From assembly GCF_006345805.1 (NCBI RefSeq), contig NC_043015.1, positions 6,696,001-6,760,000 of the forward strand: 64,000 nucleotides of DNA, in the 5' to 3' direction. Shown here piece after piece: positions 26,181-38,721 of this stretch (positions within the stretch are counted from its first letter, which is position 1; each line of letters starts with the position of its first letter). The stretch is from Octopus sinensis (Eukaryota). Below the pieces are notes generated by a model, which was not told the DNA's origin, searched no databases, and worked only from the letters and a program-made list of their open reading frames with translations. Made by a program: the position numbers and the translations under genes.

Positions 26181-28004
26181 TCGACACCTGAGGAGCAATC
26201 ACTGCATTAAGATGATATTTGGAATGAACGGCATCAGCAGAACTTGCCGAAGACTGGGTTGATAGATTTCCTTTTGCTATACTGGGGCAATATATTTTGC
26301 TAAGAATATTATTTTATCTTCCGTACTCTATAATAAATTATGATTGAGAAGTATGGACACAACATCCTACACACGATCAATAATTTTATATCCACGAGAC
26401 TGGATAAATCATATGATGCTGAATATATAAATATATATATAAATGTGTGTGTATGTGTGTGTGTGTACAGAAATCTTGAACGCAATTTCATATACGTTAC
26501 GCTGCAAGAAACGGCATAAACTGCGTAAAGAGTTTCATATCTCTAACACGAAGTATTTTAGATTAATGAACATATAAGGAAAACAAATATATTCACCTTA
26601 TAGAAATTATAGGAATAACTTGAAATGTGGCTAGTTTCTCTCCATGCTTTGAGCTCAAATCTCTTGAGAGATTTATGAGAGATTTTTATGTAAAATGGCG
26701 TATAAATAATATTGCCAGAGAACGTAAATAAGGATTAGCGAAAGGAAGAAAAACTTTCCTTACACATAATATGATGTTGCGGAGCTGTGTACGCGCAAGT
26801 GTTTCTATTTTTGTTTTACCGTATGGATACACATGCACTAATACATACAATCACGCACATATTAAACACACAAATGTTTTTCAGAATGCATCAATGTTGC
26901 TCTGTTGATCAGGTGTTGGACGTCTATGCTTTATTTATTATTAAACTGGATCGGATGTTTGTTTATGCGGTATTTGCCAGCTGTTCATGAAGAATTATAT
27001 TAAATCAATTACTTACACTCTTCATTGAATGAATAATCTTTTGCTGATTCTGCCGTCCCTCTTTTACACATCTGGGTATTGAGTTTCCATTACGTCATGA
27101 AGCAAAATGATACAATTTCTCACTCGGTTCTTCGATATTTAGAAATTATGATTGTTAACGCCTCTTCTTTTCTTTTTCTCTTCTCTATCCTTTTCATTTG
27201 TTTTCTTTTCGAATATAAAATCGTTTCAGAGAGAACACTTCTGAGAAAACCATTAAGGCCCCTAACCATTTTTGACACTTTCTATAGAGGTGAAAAATTG
27301 AATAAACGCTTCTAAAAAGCTTTTAAAATATATTTGAGGAACTAATTAATTTTAAAATATTCATGTCACAACGATTCCTTACACTCTTTTTAAGTGTGTG
27401 GAAAAAGAAATTATTTATCTAATTATATATTTATGTATTTAATGCTCGTTTAAAATTGTAAATTAAATATAAAAAAAAGAAAAGCAGGAAATATTTGTAA
27501 GCTGTTGCAGTCACATGGAATATCGATAGCATTATGTTCAACATGTTTTTTTCTTCTTCTTTAATATACATACATATTATTTTCTGAAAGTAATTAACAG
27601 AATGGAGAGCTATGAGATCCATGCAGTTGACAGGGTGTTAACTCGTTTAATGGAACTTCAGATTTCAATAATGTCACAAATTGAAATGTGGTGTTCTCGA
27701 AAACTGAGTCTTTAGTTTCACATATGTCATGATGCAAAGAATGGAAAGAAGAGGCTGCAGGTGAATGGGTGGAAAATGTTTCCATTACATGGAATGTAAT
27801 AAGAAGCGATGCATGCTCAGCGGTGCAATCTATAATCGAATCGAAACTACAATATGAACACTGATTAGGGAAACTCTCTTTTACAGCATGTGAACGCTTA
27901 CTGCAGGAATATCTAATATACATTCATATATAACTAACTGTATGTGTGTATGTATATATGCACACAAAAAATATATATATGTATATATATGTATACGTAT
28001 GTAT

Positions 28005-28330
28005 AGGCAAGTGTCTTCAACTATAAGCCTCGGGCCGACCAAAGCCTTGTGAGTGGATTTGGTAGACAGAAACTGAAAGACCCTTGTATATATATATATA
28101 TATATATATATGTGCGCGCGTGTGTGTGCGTGTGTGTGTTTGTATGTCTGTATTTGTCCCCCCAGCATCGCTGGACAACCGATGCTGGTGTGTTTACGTC
28201 CGCGTAACTTAGTGGTTCGGCGAAAGTGACCGATATAAGAAGTACTAGGCTTACAAAGAATAAGCTCGACTAAATGCGCTGCTCCAGCATGGCCACAGTC
28301 AAATGACTGGAACAAGTAAAAGAATAAAAG
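28005..28330 (+). mobile_element. SINE family A, 5'-truncated
   Basis: GGCAAGTGTCTTC...GCCTCGGGCCGACCAAAGCCTTGTGAGTGG...AAATGACTGGAACAAGTAAAAG. Confidence 0.9.
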
Positions 28331-28363
28331 ATTTAAAAAAAAAAATATATATATATATACATT

Positions 28364-28600
28364 GATGTGGCTTAGTGGTTAGGGTATGGCTCTCACGATC
28401 TAGTGATCGTGATTTCATTTATGCGTGGTGTTCTTGAACAAAATACTTCTCACATAGTACTGCGATCACTTCGACACCTGACGCGTGCTGCGCGTGTTAA
28501 AACAGCGTCGATTTGATGGATAGCGTGAATTAATACGCAACACAGACTTTTGATCACTATAAACAAATTATTTTTGCAGGTAGTTCGGCAAAAGCTGAAT
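28364..28600 (+). mobile_element. degenerate tRNA-derived SINE
   Basis: GTGGCTTAGTGGTTAGGGT A-box-like head; TGTTCTTGAACAAAATACTT central block. Confidence 0.6.
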
Positions 28601-28635
28601 GCTCATACATCGTCTTGGATGGGAGAGTCCAGCAT

Positions 28636-28675
<40 letters not shown>

Positions 28676-30016
28676 GGATATATGGCCTGTCCTGTGAGTT
28701 TCCGTGCGCTTGTGGCTGAACCTCAGTCTACAAGGCTCTAATCCTATGTACATATGATTTCAGCCTTATAGATGTCAAAGAAAACCAATACGAATATATA
28801 TGTGGCTCCTTAACATATGTCTCTAAAACGACAGCTTTTTTTTGGGGGGGGGGGGTTCAGAGTTAATTATTGTTAAAGACTGTCCATATTTGCTGAAGTG
28901 TATAGTGCACGAAAATTAAACTTCATTAGTACATTTTTATCTACCAGCCAATTATAAAAATTAAATACTACCTTGAAACGAGTTGAAATCAAAACGCAAG
29001 TAGTCGCAACCAAAATCTTTTGTCAGCTGTTTTAATTTATATAACTGTAATGCCAATATACAGCCATTGTGCAAACTCAAATTACGAAATGTGCTTATAA
29101 GAAAGGGAATTACGTGCTGCAATTCTAATGTTTATGGGCGTGGCTTATAAATAATCATTATTGCCAGTATAGTTTGTATGGATTTCAAATTGAAATTGTT
29201 GATAGAATAGCAAGTTCCAAAGAAGTTTGTAACCTGTACATTGCCTGAGATACACCTGCAGCTAGAATCACTTTTACAACATTGCAACGTTTACAATAAA
29301 GTTACAATAACTAAATGATATAATCGTCACATACCTTCTGGCTTTGAATTAACGAGCTTTCTAGTCATGTGTCTTCTGCCACCACTTCTGGACAATTCGT
29401 CGTTGCGAGGTTGGATGGACGAACGAACAAACAAAATGATAAATAGAAGATACACTTACCTAGAAGCAAAAGAAAAAAAAAAGAAAAGAAAATATTATTA
29501 ATGACAAAATATTAAATGTTTAAAAGAAACATAAATATTATATGAAATGCTAAACTTTGTGCTGAAAACAAGTGAAATCATCGAGTAAAGAAACATACAT
29601 ATTTAGTCTTAAAGCTATTTGATTCAACTGCAAACGGAGAAACTGCATTAATTTGAAGGTAACGCTAACGCTTGGATTCGCTGGAAAGAAAAGAAGTCAT
29701 ATTTTTGACACAATGCCTTCAGCTGTAGGAAATCTGAAACAAACGAAAGAATTCAGTATCAACGTTGAGGAAGGGAAAATAATTCACCATTAACTTCTAA
29801 ATCTACGCGTGTGTCTCAAGGTCCTTGAATTTTGTATAAAAACTACCTTAAATTATCTAGATTCGTGAGTCACTGCGTGGTAATCCACCCAAAACGTCTC
29901 TCTCTGTTTCTCTGTCTATCTATCTCCTAGTAAATGTGTCCGTGTGTGAGTGTGAATATGTTCGCGCCTGTTTTCTGTGTACGTGTAAACTGTGTATTTG
30001 AGTCTATAAGTATGTA

Positions 30017-30081
<65 letters not shown>

Positions 30082-30102
30082 GGTGTATGATGTACCTTAA
30101 TG

Positions 30103-30365
30103 TGACAGTCCCACGAAGGGAATCATACTACTGATATTTAGCCCTAGGATGCAGCAACGCTTCCTGTAGGCCTTGACACATTTCCTATGTCCTTTTGTTT
30201 GCAAGGGGGAGATAAGCACTTCCATCCAGCTAAGCCTGCAACCAGCGACTAGTTTCGGAGACTTTGCTCGTCATCTGTCAGGAGTAGCCTGGCACAACAC
30301 GATGGTAACCGGTTCTGACATTTGTACAACTCTCAGTGTCGAAATTAGGTACCAGCACTTCTAGA
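30103..30365 (-). mobile_element. probable Penelope-like element fragment with degenerate hammerhead motif
   Basis: GC-rich island; minus strand GACAG-ATGACGA-GCAAAGTCTCC-GAAAC-TAGTC-GCTGG. Confidence 0.5.
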
Positions 30366-30610
30366 GTTTTCATATGTAGATTATTGCATATGTGTCGCGC
30401 CTTTGCTCCAGAAAGTAACGTTGCAGCTTTCTCACAGTGTCCTTGTAGCCCATCCGCTGTACTGTTTCAATCTTTTTAGTCTAGTGTTAGTTTCGCACTA
30501 TGTGGTGATCATAACTGGAAGCAGTATTCTAGGCGGTTGTAAACAAAGATTCTCCACAGGATCAACATAGTTTATTGGTCTCTTGTCTTGAAAGACCTCA
30601 ATATCTAACC

Positions 30611-30658
30611 TACCAGTTATATATATATATATTATATATATATATATATATATACCAG

Positions 30659-30717
<59 letters not shown>

Positions 30718-30727
30718 AGTTATATAT

Positions 30728-30775
<48 letters not shown>

Positions 30776-30795
30776 AGTTATATATTATATATTAT
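30611..30795. repeat. higher-order repeat: TACCAGTT + (AT)n, four units
   Basis: TACCAGT at 30611, 30653, 30714, 30772. Confidence 0.9.
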
Positions 30796-31649
30796 ATATA
30801 ATATTAAACTTACAGATGTTTCTATATAGCCAACATATGTTATAAAGAAGATGGAATAAGTATTCTAATGCCCCTTCGAACTCGATGCGCAAACTCTATA
30901 AACTATATATGGGTGCTACAAATGGCAACTGAATTCCCTTAAGTTATCATGTTTTACAATTAAACAAACTGCTTAACTTTGCGCTATTTTCCCTACGGAT
31001 GGGGTGGTCAAGTACTGGTATACATTTTATCAAATGGATAAAGGAGTAATGATTACGAGCTCAAGTTTAGATGATCCGTAACAAAAACAGCAATGACAAG
31101 ATAAAGTGGTGGAATCTACGCGTTCGTTATACCTGCAAGAAATACGAGTAAAAACGCCTTCAAAATATATTGTGTTGTCATGTAAGGGTGTCATTTGATA
31201 TGTGATATTTATTTCCTGTCCATGCACCTTGCATTATATGGGAATCTTAGCAGAGATAAGTTAAGTGAGGCTCTACTCGATGTGGGAATACCTTAGGTTA
31301 AACACCAACAACGACGACAAAAATAGCCAAAAAATTAAAAACCCTTACAGGATACACAGATATTCAGAAATAATATTCAAATCGGATTTACCGAAACTGT
31401 AACCATTTTAACACCTCGGATTTGGTGCCTCTCATAGACCTTACTTACACCATTCTCACCACTCTCGGTAGTCCTAAAAAAGGGCGTAAATGTTTATAGG
31501 AGCAGACCATCATCAAACCATCCTACTGGTCTAAATATATATTTGACTTAATATTAAACAATACTGAGAGGGAGAGCTTGCTAAGATCCTTACTGCACCG
31601 GACAATATTCTTAGTGGTATTTTCTCTGACCTTACACATTCAGTGAATG

Positions 31650-31785
31650 GCTACTAGAGTCGACTTTGTCTTTCATCCTTGTGGGATCAACAAGATATGT
31701 ACCATCTGAGCACCGAAGACGATGTAATCGACCTACATCTTCCCCGAAATTGCTGGCATTGTACCAAAATTTGAATTCAATATGA
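31650..31785 (+). mobile_element. degenerate SINE family B
   Basis: GAGTCGACTTTGTCTTTCATCCTT...GATGTAATCGAC. Confidence 0.6.
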
Positions 31786-32477
31786 AAACACATTTTAAAA
31801 CAACATCTCAGATAAACAATCCCGAACCTATATCCTGTCTTCAATTGGTCTCAAATCGGTCGAAATCACACGAGTTACTGCAAATATATATACACCGCAC
31901 TGACGTATGCTCAAAACCATTGATGCTAAAAAATTATGTACTTATTCGCATACTTATTTGTTAGCTCCATGTTTATTTTTGTTTGCACGTTGGTTGCTTC
32001 ACTGGTTCGTTTAAGTGTTTATAGTTCCTCGTACGTATTTGCTTTTTCATGTTTTGCCACCTAGAATATCACATAACGAACTATGGCGAATGTATTTGAG
32101 GATTCTACATCTGGCAATAATATAACATTGTAGTGGGAAAAATATTTCCTTGGTACACGGTAGTAGCAAAGCCGAAGTGAGGGCACTTAATACCAGACAG
32201 ATTTCTAGAGAAGAAAATATTGAAGATGAATTATCTACCACAATGTAAAAAAGTCCAGTGGGAATATAATACACCCACACATTCAAGTATAAACACACCG
32301 AAAAACGAGCGCTCACACACACACAAACATACATAGTCACACACATACACTCAGCTTTATATGTATATATATATATATATACATATGTATATATGTATGT
32401 GAATGTATATATATGTGCGTGTTTACATAATATATTTGGAGAGAAACGTACATATATATTTACATGGGAGCATTTAC

Positions 32478-32509
<32 letters not shown>

Positions 32510-33122
32510 ATGTATGTATAAATGTATTATAAGGAAAAATCAAAACGAAGGCAGAAAGAGTATCTTAATTCACTTAGAATAATTCAATTAGGTTAAGGTG
32601 AATCTGAAGTCTTACAGCTTTGTCTGGGATGACCCAAGAGTTTGTTTAGCATATCCCTGTACTGAGTATTCAGTCATCAGAGAAAAGCTATGAATATTTT
32701 AGACGGGGAAAATTTACAATTTGCAAGAAATAAAATTCACAGTTTATAAGGAATAAAATAGAAGAATATAGTAGTAAAAGAGAAAAATAAAGATTAAAAA
32801 AATAGGATATTGTCAGGAGAATAAGGTTCGCAATTCATCTTTTTCTAGCGGATATAAATGCTGGTTGGGACTTCCATGAACCGGTACATTCATGAACCTG
32901 TATGACAAATTCACCTTATCTTAATTAAATTATTTTAAATTACTTGACATACTCGTTCTGCCTTGGTTTTAATTTTTTCCCTGATATAATATATACACGA
33001 TATACAGGAACTCTTACACGGATTCCTAGATTCAGCCTGATCTGCGGTCTTGGAATCTATAGCGCTTACCCAGCGCACCTATTGGTTTAGATCACAAGTG
33101 AGCTTAACCCCTCATTTTGCAT

Positions 33123-33154
<32 letters not shown>

Positions 33155-33532
33155 GCGCGTGTGCACGCGCGCATGTATATTTCATCTTTAATCTATTAAT
33201 TGTTTCAGATATTTAAACATATATACACGTATGCTTTTAACACCTTCTGAAGATAATAACATTGTAACTGATGGTCGTTAACTATATTTTCAGTCGACTT
33301 ATTAAAAGTGAACCGTGAAAGCACCAAAAATGCGTAAGAAAAACGGATGGAAGTTTATAATGCACAATAAGTATAAAAAGATCGTTATTTCTGTCTCATT
33401 TTTATATCTTTTTCACTAAATTCAATCATTGGACAGCAGCCATACTAATACACATAAACACATACATAAACACATACATATATATATATGGATATATATA
33501 TATATATGGATATATATATATATATATATAAC

Positions 33533-33572
<40 letters not shown>

Positions 33573-33945
33573 GCGTTATACTACTGCTATAAATGTATAT
33601 AAATGTATTCTCACTTTAGTCTAATTCAGTGTAATATATTTTCCATGTTCTTAGAATTTTCAAGAATTGGTTAACAATAATTCATCTGCAAATATATTTT
33701 GCACAGAGATATACATGTATGCATGTTTGTGTGTATATTATATATAATATATTATATATATTTATATATATATACATATAATTACATATATAACACATAT
33801 ACACATATACTAATTTATATATATATATTATATATATAGCTGCACAGATGTTTATAAACAAAGCATATGCATTTATTTATGTAGTTAATTATATATACCT
33901 AATTGTGTCTATATATATATTGTGAGTATGTATGTATTTATATAC

Positions 33946-34033
<88 letters not shown>

Positions 34034-34558
34034 CTGTGTATATGTATATATATATATATTATATATATATATATTATATATATATATATAATACATAGAT
34101 ATCTAGACGTCCTTACGTGTATAATTTTGCATATACTATGTATGCGAACATTAAAAGAAAAAAAATTGCTTCCAATAAGATTTATAAAATTAAGTTAATT
34201 AAAAATCTAATTAATTAATTATCTCTACAAGACAAAAGTTTTGATGTTATTTATCACCACATGTACTTGAGAAGCCTACGTATTTACTTCAGTGAGCATA
34301 CATACAACTATGTGCACATATTTACATACATCGCCATTGGATACAGAGGCGTTCATACTGTTTTATATATCACACAACACCTAATGGAATCATGTACTGG
34401 ATTATATATTAATTAATATAGACAACCTGATGAGATGGTCACTGTTGAACAATTTTGATTATTGGTTTGCTCGATCTGAATTTATCAGGCACTAAACAAA
34501 AACGCTACCAAATATTCGTGCATCATATGTACGTATTCATATACACACGCACAGACAC

Positions 34559-34627
<69 letters not shown>

Positions 34628-34754
34628 TATATATACGTGCATGCACATACGGGCAGACAAAAGGCGCATACGAAAGACACAGGTAGAGATAGATAGTGAG
34701 AGAAAGATTGAGAGAGAGCAAAAGAAAGAGATTGGTAGATATATTAACTGTTAA

Positions 34755-34895
<141 letters not shown>

Positions 34896-36125
34896 TTAGA
34901 GACAGATATATAAATTAATAATATAATAGATGCATGCATTCACATATATTCACATACTCATATCATATAGAGAATTGGTGATATGTATACTGATCTAGCA
35001 TTCTGAGAAATGTAGTTACTACGCATGAATACAGCTGTCGCCTTAGCTATAAATAGTGAAGGAAATACTTGGAAGCCTTGCGAACTTCCTCCGAATCTTG
35101 GTTCACAAATCCAGAAAGGACACGGCTAATTAGGAAATCAGAGGAAGGAACTGTTAATGGTTCCATGTTAATATGAAGATTCTAGCGTGTAATAAAGGCA
35201 TTTACACGCTTGTACACAGGAAAATTTGTCTTATATTTAGACATGCATATACGCATGTGTATGTGTGTGTTGCATATATATATATATATAGTATGTGTGC
35301 ATATTTTTGTATGTACATATTTGTGTTTGGGGTGTATGTAAGCTTGTGCGTAAACGCACATGGATACCAAGATGATGTGGACTAAATTCCAATGTAAATT
35401 CTAAATTCTCAGAAAGAAACCGGCTGTTCCTTCATCGCTGAGATATTCGTAAAATAAAGAACATATACAAATACATCCATACACACAGACACACAGACAC
35501 ACACACACATGTATGTATGTATGTATGTATGTATTTCGTACTGTCTACGGAATTACTTTCGGTTTGCTCTCTGAAATCGCGTTTTTTAATCTAGGTCAGT
35601 GCAATCCGCGAAAGCATCAAAATCATTGAAGCATAACTATAATCCATTATAAATGACTGAGTACCACCTTAGGGACATCTCTTTTATAGTGATTGATGTT
35701 TACTTAGAATATGTAAACACGTCATAGGCAGTGTCTAAGCGGTGTAGAGTTACACCTTACTCATGCCAACAAATAAATACAATGAATGATGAATGAGTTC
35801 AAGACACTTCCTGCTATAATCGGGTTTAACCTTTTACTAGAGTGTTCTCTGACATTCTGTGACATATAACATTAATTCACGTTTACAGTCTCACCGCTGA
35901 GAAAACAGTTTTCTTTGCTCTCATGGACCTTCTAACATTTATGAAATTCTAAGACAACATTGCTGTCGATCATCACAATAACGGAAGCTTGCCTTCGATG
36001 GAGGAGTCTAAGTTATAAATGTTACAACATTATACACGATGCATCGTTATGTAGTCATAGAGTCTCTGGTATGTATGAGTGAGTTAGAGTTGATTGAGTT
36101 TACTCGAATATTCATCTGATATACC

Positions 36126-36717
36126 TATTTCTTTATTACCCACAAGGGGCTAAACACAGAGCGGACAAAAAAGGACAGACATAGGTATTATGTCGATTAC
36201 ATCGACCCCAGTGCGTAACTGGTACTTAATGTATCGACCCCGAAAGTATGAAAGGTAAAGTCGACCTCGGCGGAATTTGAACTCAGAACGTAAAGCCAGA
36301 CGAAATACTTATTTATTTATTACCCACAAGGGGCTAAACACAGAGCGGACAAACAAGGACAGACATAGGTACTAAGTCGATTACATCGACCCCAGTGCGT
36401 AACCGGTACTTAATGTATCGACCCCGAAAGGATGAAAGGTAAAGTCGACTTCGGCGGAATTTGAACTCAGAACGTAAAGCCAGACGAAATGCTTATTTCT
36501 TTATTAACCACAAGGGGCTAAACACAGAGCGGACAAACAAGGACAGACATAGGTATTAAGTCGATTACATCGACCCCAGTGCGTAACTTGTACTTAATTT
36601 ATCGACCCCGAAAGGATGAAAGGCAAAGTCGACCTCGGCGGAATTTGAACTCAGAACGTAAAGACAGACGAAATACTGCTTAGCATTTCGCCCGGCGTGC
36701 TAACGTTTATCACCGCC
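36126..36717 (-). mobile_element. SINE family B head-to-tail trimer (184 bp period) with single tRNA head
   Basis: units 36126-36309, 36310-36493, 36494-36677, head 36678-36717; flanking repeat TTCATCTGATATACCT (36111-36126) / TTCATCTGGTATACCT (36718-36733). Confidence 0.95.
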
Positions 36718-37824
36718 TTCATCTGGTATACCTGGTATTAATTTTCTCTGTGCCAACACCATTTAACAGCAGATCGTTCCCCAAATGAGTTTTCAAGAAC
36801 ATATGAGTACACATTTCCTAAATTATGTAAATATGCATACTCAACAATTAACTTACTCAAAGCTTCACACGTACTCACATATACCTGAAATCACACAAAT
36901 ACATATGTGTATGTGTCTATATGTGTTCAAATTGAGATATATGCAGTCAATGTATTTGGAATCGCTAGGATTCTGTTCAATTTATGACTATTTTCAAGAG
37001 ATCAAATTAGATGATATTACTGCGAAGAGTTGAACTTAAATTTTTTTTTTTAAATCTATAACACCATGAAAGTTTCGAGATAAGACATGTCTGTAAATAT
37101 CAATTTAAATTTATATGTATATCTTAGAAACTCGGATCCCTTCAAACTCTGACAACTAGTCAACGCTATCAGATATTATTACACAATTGTTCCTTTTAAC
37201 TCCTCAGAACCAAAACAATTATTCGATTTTTTCACATCTCTCAAACTATTCTTGATATTCTTAGTTGAATGGTTAAAGACACTATTAACCAATTTAATGA
37301 TTACAACAGTACCATTGCTTAATTTCGCAATATTTTCTTCGACATATCCTTCACATATATTCTCTCTGTAATTTGCCTTTTGCATTCTTTAAAATTTCCT
37401 TCACAATTCGTCATTCAGTGACCGTGGATTACATCAAATAGATGCGAAAACAAATTAATAACGCTGTACAAGCCAATTATATCCAACAAGCAAAAATCGG
37501 TTTCTCGCCAACCTCCCGGAATAGTGTTTGGCAGGCTGCCTTAAGCTGGCAGTTTATCGCATTTTATGAACGACTTGAGCGGGAAACGATGGGTGATAAC
37601 TATGGCATAGAGATCGGATCGGAAGTACATTGCTAGGTTAATGTTCTGTTTATATAAGTGTTAAAAGAATTTCGAATGGAAATCTATTTTGAAGCTGCCC
37701 AAAACGTACGCTTTATTATATAAGAGTCGATATCGTATTGCCCATTAAATCTACTCATGAGTATACGTAAACACATAAACTGAAGGTAAAATGTAATTTA
37801 TATACACAAACACACACATATATA

Positions 37825-37867
<43 letters not shown>

Positions 37868-37911
37868 TATTATATATTATATATAATATTATATATATAT
37901 ATATATTATAC

Positions 37912-37944
<33 letters not shown>

Positions 37945-38241
37945 ATACCATACACAAACACACTCAAAATATTATGCGTAGCGTAGAGATACAGAGGAGA
38001 GGAAGTTGCCGGAGAAAGTGTTACACAAATAGAAAGTTAGAAAGATATTATGAAAAATGAGGTTTTCCCACTGAGTCGTTTACTAAGGGAGAGAATTTCT
38101 CCTTGTACTTTCACTCCGTAAACACTGCTTATCCATGCATAAATACATGGCTATAAAACTTATGCGTATATATACATGTGTGTGTTATAAATATATGGTG
38201 TGTGGGTGAATACATAAATGAATATACATACACACACACAT

Positions 38242-38290
<49 letters not shown>

Positions 38291-38399
38291 ATGTTTATCT
38301 ATTATGTTATATATATATATGAGTATGTATATTATATATGTATATATATATGTGTATATATATATATATATGCAATATATATATATATATATATATATA

Positions 38400-38437
<38 letters not shown>

Positions 38438-38439
38438 TT

Positions 38440-38470
<31 letters not shown>

Positions 38471-38498
38471 TGTATATGTCTTATACATGTATACATAC

Positions 38499-38542
<44 letters not shown>

Positions 38543-38677
38543 ATGTCACATACATGTATATAATCTATCTATATCTATAAACATAAATATATAATTGTAT
38601 ACATATGTGTGTGTAGTTTATTATATATATATGTGTGTGTGTGTGTATATATATGTATGTATATATATATATATTAT

Positions 38678-38721
<44 letters not shown>

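Noticed and set aside
34426-34480. CTGATGAG as a hammerhead start (also CTGAAGAT at ~33248)
   Set aside because: No downstream stem II plus GAAA that can be paired
36126-36717. Regularly spaced repeats as a CRISPR array
   Set aside because: 184 bp full tandem units without unique spacers, no cas genes, eukaryotic context
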